Of a stretch of 64,000 bases of DNA, positions 1 through 13,790 are shown in pieces. Location: the NCBI RefSeq assembly GCF_009914755.1, contig NC_060931.1; one strand, given 5' to 3'. Below the pieces are notes generated by a model. That model saw nothing but the letters and a program-made list of their open reading frames with translations, had not been told where the DNA came from and made no database searches. A program made the position numbers and the translations under genes. Source of the stretch: the human T2T-CHM13v2.0 reference genome, Homo sapiens. Positions within the stretch are counted from its first letter, which is position 1. Each line of letters opens with the position of its first letter.

Positions 1-58
1 CCAGGCTGGGTGACACAGCGAGACTCCATCTCAAACAAACAAACAAACAAACAAACAA
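1..58 (+). mobile_element. Alu 3' end with (AAAC)n tail
   Basis: ctgggtgacacagcgagactccatctc followed by an AAAC-repeat tail. Confidence 0.9.
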
Positions 59-269
59 TAAAGAAGTGCAGCAGGGAGGTGTCCTGAGTCAGAGACCCCG
101 CAGACCCATCAGTACAGTTTTCTCCAGCAGGAGGAAGGGCTGCCATAAGAGTCGCAACCCCACAATGGAAGGAGCCCCTTACAGGTGGGCGGAATGGGAG
201 CTGTCAGAGCCCAAGGGCTCCTGTCACCAGCTGCTCTCCCCTTGTTCGACCTTTGCCCTGTTTGGGGCT

Positions 270-685
270 GAATGGTGTCTCCTCCTCTCCACATTCCTAT
301 GATGAAGCCCTGGCCTCCAGCACCTCAGAAGGTGACTTTACTTGGAAATAGGGCCATGCAGGTGTAATTAGCTAAGAAGGGTCATCCTGGAGGAATGCAT
401 CCCCTAATCTGACTGCTCCTTATGAAAAGAATACCCTGTGGAGAGAAAAGGGTGCATATGGAGGGAAGACCAAGAACAAGACACAGGAAAAAGGCCATCG
501 CTAAGCCAAGGGGCCAAAGATGGTCAGCAGCCCACCAGGGAGAGAGGCCTGGGGCCAATTCCCCCTCACTGCCTCCAAAGGAGTCAACACTGAGGATCTT
601 GACCTGGTCTCGGACTTCCAGCCTCCAGAACTGTGGGGCTGTCCATCCTGTTGTTTAACCTGCTGGTCTGTGGTGCTTTGTGGCT
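270..685 (+). mobile_element. MaLR LTR (MLT1-type), degenerate
   Basis: MLT1-like motifs cctcagaaggtgactttacttggaaatagggc and ggacttccagcctccagaactgtg. Confidence 0.65.
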
Positions 686-950
686 CCCATGACAAGCTCC
701 CAGCATCCTCTCCCTCTCCTGGACTGGGGTTAGGTCTCTTGTTTGCAATCCATCTCTCTCCACCACCTGCCCTGGGGCACTGGAAGGCAGATGGCACAGG
801 ATAAATAGGCATGGGAGGGAAGGGGTGGGATGCTAGTGGGAAAGAAAGAATTAGGATGAATCTATACAAGAGGGAAGTCAAAAGGTGGGGACCCAGGCTC
901 AGAGCATCTCAGCAACAGAAGTCACAAAAATATCAAAAGGAGGGTGAAGA

Positions 951-1249
951 AGCTGGGCTTGGTGGCTCACACCTGTAATCCCAGCATTTTTGGAGGCCGA
1001 GGCAGGTAGATCACTTGAGGTCAGGCGTTCAAGACCAGCCTGACCAACATGGTGAAACCTACTAAAAATACAAAAATTAGCTGGGCATGGTGGCACAGGC
1101 CTGTAGTCCCAGCTACTCAGGAGGCTGAGGCAGAGAATCGCTAGAACCTGGGAGGTGGAGGTTGAGGTGAGCCGAGATCATGACACTGCACTGCAGCCCA
1201 AGTGACAGAGTGAGACTCCATCTCAAAAAAAACAAAAACAAAACAAACA
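951..1249 (+). mobile_element. Alu (AluS-like), full length
   Basis: Dimeric Alu with A-rich tail; imperfect TSD ending ggtgaaga on both sides. Confidence 0.95.
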
Positions 1250-3034
1250 AAAGAAAGGTGAAGAGACTCCAGAAGGCAGGTGGCTTAGCAAACTCTCAGC
1301 TGCCGGTCTTGTGCCTCTCCGTTCCATGGCCTCAGGGTGGGGCAGAGGTAAATTGCAATCCCTGGACAGGCTTGGATCCACAGTCAACCCAACGTGAACA
1401 CAGGCTGCGATTCCATGGTCTCTGGTGACCACATGCCCTCCTGGTCCCCTCCCTGATGGAGCACCTTGTATCCTACCTCCACTGCCCACTCGCTCTCTCA
1501 GGTCCAGCCAAGTCCTCTGACAGAGGTAGTGTGACCTAGGGAGTCTCCAGAATGGCACAATCTCTCCCAGGGGGTGTTCCCATGGTGCACAGGGCAAGGT
1601 TATCCAAGTTCCAAGAAAACATTCTGTTTGTGGACCTGACTTACCGGAGCACATGAGTGAAAGCAGATAGGAATAAGCAGATCACGGCTCAGCTCCGGGT
1701 GCGGGGTGGAAATCAGGGTTAACCAGAGGGCAATGGGAGAAAATGATGTGGGGCACTCATTTAAATTATCTGCAGGACTCTGTATCATGAAGATAAACTT
1801 ATTGCAGCCCTAGCTCATGTTTCCAGAGCAGAGTCCTGAGGAGAAGGAGCACTTACCAAGGACGAATGGGTCACTGCGTGGTCTGCAAATAGCATCTGGA
1901 AAACAAGAAGCTGGGACCTTGGAAACAGCAAGAGTCAGAGTTGGTCGGGGAGCTTGCCCTGGACACAGTGGGCTTCAGTCTAGAAGACACCGAAAGACAG
2001 AGCGAACTCCCTCCTCCTACAAACTGTTCACACAGTGGGAAGGAGGACGGGGTTTAGCAACACGCTGTCTCAAAAATGTGCACTGTCAGGCAAATATGTG
2101 CTTGTAACACCAGCCCTGGAGAGGAAAGTCTCTCTGGGCTTCGGTCCCTAACCTTTACCCTAAACATTAATATATCAATCGGCAGCGGCCCTGGAGAAGT
2201 TGCTGATGGCATCAGAGAATGAGGGCATTCACTAAGCTGTCACAGCAGACCCAGATGCAGTGGCGGAATTAATTTTTCCTTCATTAATCATATCCTAATT
2301 TGCATGATTAATATGTCATAGTTGATGAACACGGGCGGATACAAATAAAATCACTGAACAAAAATGCCACCTGCTGAGCAAAAAGAATAAGACAAACAAG
2401 TGAGTTGGCACAGCTAAATGAGCAGGAGTCACTTTATTTCCCAAAAACAATATTCCAAAAGCTTGAAACAATGCCACTATTGGGGCCGCTTGCCGAGGAC
2501 TGTGGAGACAGACATTCCCAGAGTTTTCCACGGTGGGATGAGCTCCAGGGTACACACAACTGTCACAGCTTGCCATTGGACAATTCTAAAAACTCACCTT
2601 TCGAACCTCGCCTGTTTCCCAAGCGGAACCCAGGCCAAGGGGCGGGATGTTCCAGGACAAAGTGGTGCCACCTCGTCAGCCCAGGCCCACTTCCTCCAGC
2701 TACGAACCTCAGCCATTTCTGGCCAGCGGCTCTGGGGCAGAAACTGGGGCAGGGCATTGCCAAGGACACAAGCAAGGGGAGCGGAGGAGGAGAGGAAGCA
2801 GGGAGCGACCGTGGAATGGCCTCGGACCTGGGGCAGAGCCTTCGGGATGCTGGAAGCTGCTCAGGGGCCGTGGCTGAGGCCCAGGCAGCCACCAGGGGGG
2901 ACTCCGACTGGGGTCCAGGGGCAGGCAATGCCCAGCCTCCCTGGAGCGTGGGTTTCCTTCAAGGCCACGTGGCAGAAGCAGCCACAGGAGAAGCAGCGCA
3001 GTTTTCCGCAGCGGTGGGAATGTCCTAGACCTGG

Positions 3035-3175
3035 CACATCCCGACAGTAGTCACTGGCACACGTGGCAGTGGAACACATGAATGTGGCCAGGGCGGCTGA
3101 GAAGCAGACATTTTCATTTCATTTTAATTAATTTAAATTGAAAAACCCACGTAGGGCTAGTGGTCCCTGGCGGGC
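3035..3175 (+). mobile_element. MER3-like hAT-Charlie fossil
   Basis: cacgtggc...gaatgtggccag...ttttaattaatttaaattg...gctagtgg resembles the MER3 consensus. Confidence 0.65.
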
Positions 3176-5164
3176 AGCTGAAGGGAGTGTGGGGACCACA
3201 GCACTTCCCTGGCTGTGGGACCTGGAGAGGTATTCCTCCTTTGCAGCTCCGTCCTCCTCTGAGGCTGAGGGGTTGGATGGGGGCATCCCTGGAGCCCCCA
3301 GTCTGCACTTCCTGACTGGAGTGTGGAAGGCACCTGCTCTGTTTGTTTCCACTATCCTTCCACAACCTTCACTGTCTCCCTCCCCTCTGCTTACCGAAAA
3401 CTGCCTCCTGCCAGACTAAGTTCCTGGCCCCTCACTTTCCAGCCGCATCCCCCACGTCTCTACCACGTGAACAGACCCTCAGCCCTCAAACACACCTGTG
3501 CCTCCCACACCACCCCGTACCTTGTCTGTGCCATTCCCCATGGCTCTTCCCCACCCACTCAATACTGATGGAGACCCACCTCAAGCCTGATGTTCTGGAA
3601 GCTTCCCAGAGCTCCATGGCCCACAGGCTTCTCACTCCCCCACCATTTAGAAGGAACCCAGCCTCTGGCTGTGGTAGCTTGCAGGGCAGTCCTCTTTATC
3701 TCACTGTTACTTGATAGCAACAATGTTGCAATGTCTTGGAAACTGTGTAACAACCTGGCAAGGCTGAGCACACCTGCCCACAGAGCGGGGAGGTGCGCAG
3801 CCTGTCCTCAACGCCAACTAGCAGGGCGGCCTGAGGAGGTGACTGCATCTCCTCATGGTCTCCTCACCGGAAACATGAGGATCATGCTGCTTCCTTTTGG
3901 GGTTCATGTAAGAGCCAGGCGCTCACCTGTGCCAAACGCCCTGCCCGCCCTGGCCTGGGTTCAGGGTTTTCAATCCATGCTGTGCTCCCTAAAAGACAGG
4001 CCACTCCTCTGCTCTCCAGCACCTGAGGAAACGTTGTTGCTGGTTGCAGGATTCCTTAGTCTAATCCTAACACCTCAGTGGCTTCATCCTGGCCTCATGC
4101 ATTGTGCTGGAGCCTGGTTTCTGGTGCAGGAAAGTTGTAAGAATGCGTTCCCTGCCATCTCGTTTCTATTTTGAACTATCTGGCCCAAACCCTTTTCTTT
4201 AGTTTTCTCCTCTTCCCTTGGGGAAAAAGAAAAGGAGAAAAAAGGAAAGAAAAGGACAAAAAAGAAATGGAGAAGAGAAGCAAGACAGAGGCTGCTCTGA
4301 AATGGTTTCTGCACCTTCTCCAATACAAAGGGCAGTAAGATTGAGTAGGATGAGACAGCTATGACTTCCTATTCCCTTTTCCCAGCCCCCAGGCTAAAAA
4401 ATATGGTGGGTCTGAGGTTCTACTCCCCAACCCCGGCCAACGCTCAAGCCTAGACAAGAGTTGGATGCTCCACGGGAGTAACGTGAGACCCAGGAAGGCC
4501 ACGTCTCATTTTAACTTCCTCTCCTCTATTCCATACCACAATCTCCGGGGAGCTTCAATGGATGGAGAAAGTTCTATGCCTGCAAGAACTGAATTTACCA
4601 TCAGTGCCTTCATATTTGTGATAACCTTGTTTTCCCGTTCCTTCAGGGATGCTGCGCTGAGTGAAGATCTTCATGAATACCGTGTGTGAGGCAAGTAAAA
4701 GCGGCTCCTTGTGGCTCATTCGCTGCATAAGGTCCCATTCAGAGACTCAAATCCAGAAACTAAACATCATTGAAAAGGAATCCTAACCTCTGGTGCTCCT
4801 AACCAGGAGCCGCATTTCTCTAGGACCTCTGCCTTGGCCTTTCCAGCGCCCTGTGCCCACAGCGGCCCTGCTTGAGCCAGTCATAAGCAAGGCCCCCAGC
4901 TCCTCCCCAGCCCCGTCCCTCTGGGCTCTTCTATTTCCCCGCCCAGAGGAAAACATTCCCAGCTATACAGAAGCAGATGGGATGGGGGTTACCAGGGAGG
5001 CTCCAGAGAAATGGGGAGATGCAGGTCAAGGGGAGAGAGTCGCAGTGAGGTAGGAGGAATCAGTCCAGAGGCTGGCTCGCAGGAAGATCGCAGTTCACAG
5101 CACTGCAGCACACCCCGGGACTTCACCAGGAGAGTAGATTTTAGACTCTCTTACCACCAAAATG

Positions 5165-5319
5165 ATGAAGAAAAAGAAGAAGAAGAGGAAGAGGAAGAGG
5201 AAGAAGAAGAAGAAGAAGAAGAAGGGGAAAGGGGAAGGGGAAGGGGGAGAGGGAGGGGGAGGGGAAGAAGAAGGGGAAGAGGAGGAAGAAGAGGAAGAAG
5301 AGGAGGAGGAGGAGGAGGA
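5165..5319. repeat. Polypurine (GAA/GGA)n simple repeat
   Basis: About 150 bp of almost pure G/A. Confidence 0.95.
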
Positions 5320-5454
5320 CCGGGCGGTGATGGATTTGAGAACTTGCCTGACTGTCTTAATCACCATGTCTATGGATATCAACACAGCAGGTCATAAATG
5401 TTAAAAATCACGTCCACCCTTAAACATATGCATTTCTTAAAAAGGAAATGCGTC

Positions 5455-5715
5455 ACCAGCCACATGTGTGAGTCGAAATTATCTCATAGACACATTTGTA
5501 AAAAGTAAAAGAAGGATGAAACTTAATATTATGCTTTAACCGAGTACATCCAAAATATCAATGAATTACTTATAAGATACATTACTTTTTTTTTCTAAGC
5601 AGCCTTCGAAACGCCGTGTGCCTCTTCCACTTGACAGCATGTCTCCATTTGGACTGGCCACATTCTCAAAAGCCGCAAGTGGCTGAGGACTGCCACGGAG
5701 GCCACACAGCTCCAG
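5455..5715 (+). mobile_element. MER33-like hAT-Charlie fossil
   Basis: ccacatgtg...aaaaagtaaaaga...atccaaaatatc...ttggactggccacatt. Confidence 0.55.
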
Positions 5716-5728
5716 TCCATTCTACTGG

Positions 5729-6084
5729 TTGTTATGAGTTCAGTGTTAGTGCCGCCCCCACCCCCCAAAATTTGCATGTTGAAGTCCTAACCCCCAGTGT
5801 GATGGGCTTGGACATGGGGACGTCAGGAGATAATCAGGGTTCGGTGCAATCCTGGTGATACAACCCTCGTGCTGGGACGAGTGCCCTCATGAGAAGAGGC
5901 CAGAGGACTTGCTCTCCTGCCACGTAAGGACACAGTGAGAGGGTGGCCGTCTGCAGCCCAGGAAGACCCTGACCTGCTGGCACCCCGATCTCAGACTCCC
6001 AGCCTCCAGAACTGGGGGACATGACTGTCTGTTGTGGAAACTCCCAGTCTGTGGTATTTTGCCACGGCAGCCTGAGCTAAGACA
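5729..6084 (+). mobile_element. MaLR LTR (MLT1A-like)
   Basis: catgttgaagtcctaacccccagtgtgatgg ... cagtctgtggtattttg...gctaagaca terminus. Confidence 0.8.
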
Positions 6085-8151
6085 CTGGCTTTGCATGGCG
6101 AGAGCCTGCAGATGATCCAGCAAAAACAAACTGTCCCTAGCAGGCCTGGGGCAAGGGGGAGGACCGAGCAGACCCCATATCCAGCATCACAGGGTTCGTG
6201 AGTGAGCTGTTATGCTTGGTGTTGTGTGCAGAGATTAAATGTCCACAGTCTCTGAGTTCACGAGGCTTATCATGTCATGAGGGACAAGACGATAACTCCG
6301 GTTTATGCCTGCGTTACTACTTTACCCACTTTCTGTGCGCATGGAAAATGACAGGAGAGCACAGAAAAGCACCCGTGTAGCCCAGAGATGGACACAAGTG
6401 CTAAGGAATCCAGATGGAAATGGAATGACTTCGGAGTAGGGTAGAAAGAACCTACTGCTACTATTATCTACTCTTGAAAACCTAAAAGGTTCGGGGGTTT
6501 TTTTTGAAAGGCCTCTCCCAGCACAGATAGGAATTGTGTCCATAGTCAAGGGTCACTCCAGCTTCTGATGCTGCAGCTAATATGATTGGACTTTTGCCCA
6601 GATTGTTTCGAATTGCCCCTGGGCCACATATTAATTTGTTTCAGATGCTACCTTTTCCCACTGTTAGACATAAAAGAATCAAAGTGAAAAAACAAAGATG
6701 CAAAGCCCTGGGATTGTTAAAAAGTTAATTGCTCAGTGTTGGCCTAAATGACAGAAAAGTCCCCAACTTCCTCAAGGTCAGAATTTTACGTGTAAAAAAG
6801 GAAACCTTGAGAATTTAGAAAACACTTGCCTCAAATAAGCATCATTAGCCATTGCACCAGTGGCTTCTACACACCAGGTTAAGCCACATCAAAGAACTCC
6901 CACGCTCCTAGACCCAGAAAAATAGAAGAAAATAATTAAACAAAGTAATTGGAAGCGCCTGGCAAGGTCAAAGTACCAGGAAATGTCCTTGAGTAAAAAG
7001 AAGCCTGGGACTAAGCTGAGCACATCTAAAATCTCTCATATCCAAAGCCTGTATTTTCCTTGGCACGGGAGATGGAGAACTTGATCCTGACCATTGACAA
7101 GGAGGCCAGGAGGCTAAATCCGCCACATGCAGGCTTCCTCCTAATACCCTGACGGGACTTCCGGCTTCTGTAAACTTCTGTGGGAAGTAGGCACACGCCG
7201 ACTTGGGGAAAGTTGACCAGGGTAAGCCTAGAGGAGGGACAATATTATAAACTGTGTGGAAGGTCCCCTGAGACGTTCACAGACTCAGAGGGAGGAGCGG
7301 CAGTGCGGACTTGAAAGCAATCCAGGCGGAGCTGCCAAGAGGCTTAGCCACAAGCACGGATCCAGCCACAGAGCTGGGGCGAGGCTGTGAGGAGCAAGCC
7401 GAGCCATGGCATGCCGCTCGGTGGTGGGGGAATCTGGCGGCACTGTCCAGGAAGAGCCCCTCTGCCTCCCCGGAAAGCTCCCACCGATGATCCACTGAGA
7501 TGCACAGACACGACCCAGAGGCCGGCTGGGCTGATCCCACACGTGGCTGGTGGCCAAGGGACTCAGCCGTCCACACCCAGCCACACACAGGAGGCTCGTC
7601 CTATGAGACCCTCCTAGGATCCTCGCTCCTGATGTGTCCTCATTCGGCCTGAGCAGTCGCGGCCATCTCGCCTCAGGCTGTCCCCATCTTGCCTCCTACC
7701 CACCCCCACGGTCTCCCACTGGCTCGAGCCCCTGCCCTCCCCAGGTCACTTCCAGGTCTGTCTCCATCTGGCTGTGCCACTGTGCTCCCAAGGCCTCCCC
7801 AGGGAGCCGTCCCTGCAGGGGACATGTGGCATGGTTTTGCTTTGTAGTCGTGATCTTGGAGAGAGACACTATGCCCTAATCTCAAAGACAGTCCCTAAGG
7901 CTGTGAATGTCAGGCCCTTACCAGGCCTGGTGGTAGCAACTATTTCAGAGTAGGCACATTCTTTGGGCTCCTTCCAACCACACGCATGAGTAACACTGGG
8001 CCTGCCCAGGGTGAAGATCCAGTGGAAGACATCATGTGGATGAATTCAAGCTGGAAAATAATCCCAATGACATGAATATTTCAACCTAAACTTTGATTTG
8101 TACCACAATTATATTTTTTCTGATTACAAAAGTAATGCAATGGCATTGTAA

Positions 8152-8476
<325 letters not shown>

Positions 8477-8564
8477 TATATGTATATAATTTTTGTAGAC
8501 TTGTTCTTTCAATATACCTCCAGGAAGAAACACAGCCTAAATTTACATGAATATGTTTCTGGAC

Positions 8565-8810
8565 TTCTTTCTTCTCCTCCTCCTCCTCCTCCTCCCCTCC
8601 TCCTCCTCCTCCCCTCCTCCTCCTCCTCCTTCCCTCCTCCTCCTCCTTCCCTCCTCCTCCTCCTTCCCTCCTCCTCCTCCTTCCCTCCTCCTCCTCCTCC
8701 CCTCCTCCTCCTCCTCCCCTCCTCCTCCTCCTTCTTCTTCCTCCTCCTCTCTCTCTCTCTGTCTCTCTGTGTCTCTCTCTCTTCTCTGTGTGTGTGTGGA
8801 TGTGTGTGTA
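8565..8810. repeat. Compound (CCT)n-(CT)n-(TG)n microsatellite
   Basis: Direct inspection. Confidence 0.95.
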
Positions 8811-10379
8811 CTCACACAACAGAGCTCTGGAGATGCATGCAGCACACGCATATGTAGATATAACCACTATAAGGACAATATCCTAAGAGCTGAGTGTCCA
8901 GGTCACTGATTTTCCTTTCCTTGTTTCGTTGCAAACTCAGGGTGTCACACCTGGGCCGTGTGGAGGCTGAGGGATGGGTGAGGACAGATGGGGATGGGCA
9001 CCCTGCTGTTGTCTGAGGGCCGTCAGCAAGTCTCTCAATTGGTGATACGTATGGACCTGGGTCCTCATGAGAGCCATCCTAATCTTTTCTCAGTGATGCA
9101 ACACCGTCTGTTTCCATGCCATCAGTCTTATTACAGGATGATGGCCAAGGAGCTCATCTGAACTGCCAGGTGAACAGTGGGGCCCTACCACATCCCCATC
9201 TACCCATAGCTTGGTTTGGGTTCACGGTGCCAAAATCATATCCCCAAGTTATAGTATAGGCTCATTGCCAAGGGAGTTTTCTTGTAAACACTCCCTGGCC
9301 CTGGGAACCCTTCTCTGACCTAAAGGAGGCATCGCTGGACTAGGTTCCGGGTAATGCAATCACCTAGTGACCCGTGTCCCCAGCCTGTTCTCAGGTCCTT
9401 TGCATTTTCCTCAATGTCCTTCCTGCTCATGCCCTCAGGCCCCTGCTTTTGGGATGTGTGGCCAGCAAGCCCAGTGCAGGAAGTACTGAGCTGCCGACTG
9501 CCACTCCACAGAATCACAGGACAGAGCCTCCCAGAGGCAGTAAGTGCAGCGTGGGCTGGAGGAGGCCACCTGCTCCGTTGTGATGAGGGCTGGCCTCTGC
9601 TGTGCTTTGATTTATGAGCAATCATGTGTTCACAAAGTACCTACTACTATGTGACCAGTGCAGCAGCCAGCAGGGTCTGCATAACAGTGGCTGCAAGCTC
9701 TCCACCCAGACTCCTGCCCTCGTCCATGGGGATGAGGTTGGGGCAGCCTCCATGCAGTTAGCACCTCCTTCCACTCTCCCCCTCCAGCCAGCAGGAGCCA
9801 CAGTGGGCCACAAGGAGGACTCTGCCCTGAAAGTGGCAGATCCCAGCCCAGGAGAACCTGGGTCCCTGGACGGCAGCCTGGGCCTGCACCCCTGACCCGG
9901 GCCGGCCCCCAGGAGCTGTCTTGTCAGCGAGCAGCACCCACGTTTTCAGGTTTCAGCAGCTTAGCTTTATCCTGACCGATGCTTGGCACTCAGGACACGC
10001 ATCTGCTATCCCTGCTCTCCACTCCCCTAAATCTTGAGGACCGGTGTCCTCTCGGTTATAGCCTAAACTACAAGTGTCATCATCGTCTCTGTGCGTCGGT
10101 GGTCAGGAAGTTTGATTGTAGAATATCAGGATGAAACCTTTCCGCCAGCCTCGTTTTCCCTGGACGTGATGTCTGGAGTCAGAGTTAACAAGTCTCCTGC
10201 TTCCTGGCTGGAGGCTGCGGTCTTTATTCCTCAGAAGGGGGCCCAGACCGTTCCACTGTTGACATTGTGTCTTCGCAGACGGCTCAGTGGCTCCTTCAGG
10301 CTGTGCCCTGCTGTGAATCTCAGCCTCGACTCCAGCCTGGTGCAGGGGTGCAGGGCACAGAGCACACGCCACACAGTCA

Positions 10380-10790
10380 CCGCAGGCCCTGAACCCAGTG
10401 GAACCTGCCCTGTGGGGCTGGGGTGTTGCTTAGGACCCGAGACAGCGTCTTCCCTCCAGTTTCTCCCCTTTGGAAGGGGACTGGCTTTCTTCTGCCTGTC
10501 CCACCATGGCATTTGGGAAGCAGATAACCTGTTTTCCAGACAGAAGATGCCACACCCTGTGAAGACACAGACTCTCAGGGAGAAGACCCCAGAGGACAGA
10601 GGCAGGGCTGGGGGTGACATGTCCACAGCCAAGGAACACCAAAGACACCAAGCCACCATAGTATGCCAGTAGAGAGGCCTGGAACAGACTCTCCCTCCCA
10701 CCCTCGGAGGGAGCCTGCCCTGCCGACACCTTGACTTCAAACTTCCGGCTTCCAGGATGACGAGAGCATCAGTTGCCCTCACTTTAAGGT
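10380..10790 (+). mobile_element. MaLR internal end plus MLT1 LTR fragment
   Basis: cctgtcccaccatggcatttgggaagcagataac; gagaggcctggaacagactctccctc...gacaccttgacttc. Confidence 0.5.
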
Positions 10791-12214
10791 CTCAAGTTCT
10801 GTACATTCTGCACATTCCCAGAAAAGGTTGGTCACAGCAGCCTACAGTATTTCAGTTTAGCGTATTCTTCTGTGTTCAGTGCATATTCCCAACACGGTCT
10901 AGAACGCCCTTTACTTCACAAGCACAATTCCATAGTAAAACTTAATAATGGTGCTCTGGGCCAGGCCATTTGATCTGGCTGGACTGTGTTCCCTGGCTGT
11001 GCCCTGAATGTGTCACCTGCAGCCACACAGGGCGCCCTCTCATTCTTGCACTGACCCAGCTCCTAAACAGCAGCTTTCCAGCAGTGGTTCCTGGACTTCC
11101 AGAGAGCTTTTCTGCCACAGTGGACATTGCCATCCTTTTTTTGGCCACCAGGCATCTGAAATCCTTCCCAGTGTTTGGTGAATCCTCCAACTCGTGACAC
11201 AGGATCTGAACGTAGCTACACTACATTCAGAAAGTGCAGAGGCCAGCACTCGCTTTGCCCACAGGGGCACTCGCACCCATGAGCCTAGCTGCAAGCCTAC
11301 CCTGCCGGGAAGCTAGTGACTCCCAGAACTCAGACGGCTCAGACACCACCCTGGATGGCCACGCCGTTCCCATGGGCAGAGGTGTCAGCAGGTCTAGCGG
11401 CAGCCTGCAGCCTCTAGCCTGAGGTCCCTTCTGTGTGTGCAGCCAGTAGTGCTGGTGGTAGAGACTTCCCTGAGCGGGTCCCAGTGTCCTTTTTCCCAGC
11501 ATCTTTCTCGCTGTGGTAGGCTAGGAAACTCGTTCTCCTCCCCACGCCACCTCCATTCCTTGAGCTAGACAATATATAATTCTTTTAATAATCGCTTTAA
11601 TAATTTAAAGGAATATTTAAATACTCTTTTAACAATTCCTTTTCTGCTTCAGTTACCCAGAGCTGTGTTCTGCCACCTCCCACTGAGAACCGTAAGTGGT
11701 TCTTTCCTCCGTAAGCACATACTCCTGTTTGACATGAAAATGTCAGCAGAGATTTTTCGGCGTGATCTAAAGAATGCGATCTTGGCGGCCGTCTACCACA
11801 CAAGGAGGGCACGTGTGGATTTCCTGGCCTTGCACAGTTGGTGATGAAAGCGGAGTTGCCTAGTGATCAGCTGACTTGTGATCAATTACAATAATGATGG
11901 AATTTCAAGGTCAATGTCGTGCTGGTTTTTTTTTTTTTGCGAGCTCATCTTTTCTGCTTAAGGAGAAAATGCTAGATAAATGCATCTCCATGTGGGCCTG
12001 GACCTCTCCATGTTGCTCTGTCTTGTCTGTGGATGTTTGACAGAGACCGGAAGACCTGCAGACCAGCCTGCCAACACCGTCTGTCAATGGGGTGCCACTT
12101 TCACGGCCCTCCCCTTCCCATCAGCCTTAGCCCAAATCACCCTCCAAAATCACCAACCATAGGAAACATCTTTAATGTAAACTAATTCCTTCACACTGAA
12201 AATGTTTACAATTT

Positions 12215-12535
<321 letters not shown>

Positions 12536-12613
12536 TTACTGTCGGCCCCCTTTCTCTGCAGAGGTCCAGATGAGGAGCCTCTAATCAAGGTGGTGACTGG
12601 GCCACACAGCCAC

Positions 12614-12991
12614 GCCCTTCCCTCGGGGTGAGCCCTTCCCTAGGGGTGAGCCCTTCCCTCGGGGTGAGCCCTTCCCTCGGGGTGAATCTTTCCCTTGGGG
12701 TGCACCCTTCCCTCGGGGTGAGCACTTCCCTCTGGGTGCAGCCTTTGCTCGGGGTGAGCCCTTCCCTCGGGTTGAGCCCTTACCACAGGGTGCGCCCTTC
12801 CCTAGGGGTGAGCCCTTCCCTCGGGGTGAAACTTTCCCTTGGGGTGCGCCCTTCCCTCAGGGTGAGCACTTCCCTCTGGGTGCAGCTTTGGGGTGAACCC
12901 TTCCCTCGGGGTGCAGCCTTCACTCAAGGGTGAGCCCTTCCCTGGGGGTGCAGCCTTCGCTGGAGGGTGCATCCTCCCCTCGGGGTGCGCC
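12614..12991. repeat. 18-bp minisatellite (GCCCTTCCCTCGGGGTGA)n, about 21 copies
   Basis: Direct inspection; translates as SPSLGV repeats. Confidence 0.95.
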
Positions 12992-13324
12992 GTGGCACAT
13001 GTTGCCTCTCCACTCACTGCTCTTTCTTGGCTGCCTCCTTCCTGGTGAGTCCTTTCCCGCTGTTGCTCACTATCTGCGGATTTCTGATCACTTGTCTTCC
13101 CTCTTGAGCTTGGTGAACAGACCAGGAGGAGGGCACAGGATGACCCCCATGGCTCCCCGAACATTTCTAAGACCAAAACCAAAAAGCCCAAGGGGAGAGG
13201 ACCGGACCCCACTCAGGGCTCAGAAAGCTGATGCCTGGCGCCCCGCAGTGGCGTGGGGTGGTCTTGCGTGGCTGTGGACCCCTCAACCAGGCAGGCGAGA
13301 GCAGGGAGGGAAGTGGGTACAAGT

Positions 13325-13790
13325 GAGCAAGTGTGTGAGTGTGTGGGAGTATGACTGTTAGTGTGTGTGTGTCTGAGTGTATGTGTGACTGTGTATGTGT
13401 GTCTGAGTGTTAGTGTGTGTGTGAGTGCGTGGGAGTTTGTGTGTCTGAGTGTAAGTATGTGTGTCTGAGTATATGTGACTGCGTATGTGTGTCTGAGTGT
13501 TAGTGTGAGTGTGTGTGTCTGCGTGTTAGCGTGTGTCTGAGTGTATGTGTATGTGTCTGAGTATGTGTGACTGTGTATGTGTGTCTGAGAGTTAGTGTGT
13601 GTGTGTCTGCATTTAGTGTGTGAGTGTGTGTCTGAGGGTTAGTGTGTGTGTCTCAGTGTTAGTGTGTGGGAGTGTGTGTGAGTGTGAGTGGGTGTCTGAG
13701 TGTTAGTATGTGTCTGAGTGTTAGTGTGGGAGTATGTCTGAGTGTGTGTATCTGTTAGTGTGTGAGCGTATGAGTGTGAGTGTGTGCATG
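13325..13790. repeat. Degenerate (TG)n-rich repeat
   Basis: gtgtgtctgagtgttagt-type units. Confidence 0.92.

Noticed and set aside
2405-3050. 207-aa and 210-aa ORFs
   Set aside because: No domain, non-ATG starts and no splice context; typical GC-rich chance ORFs
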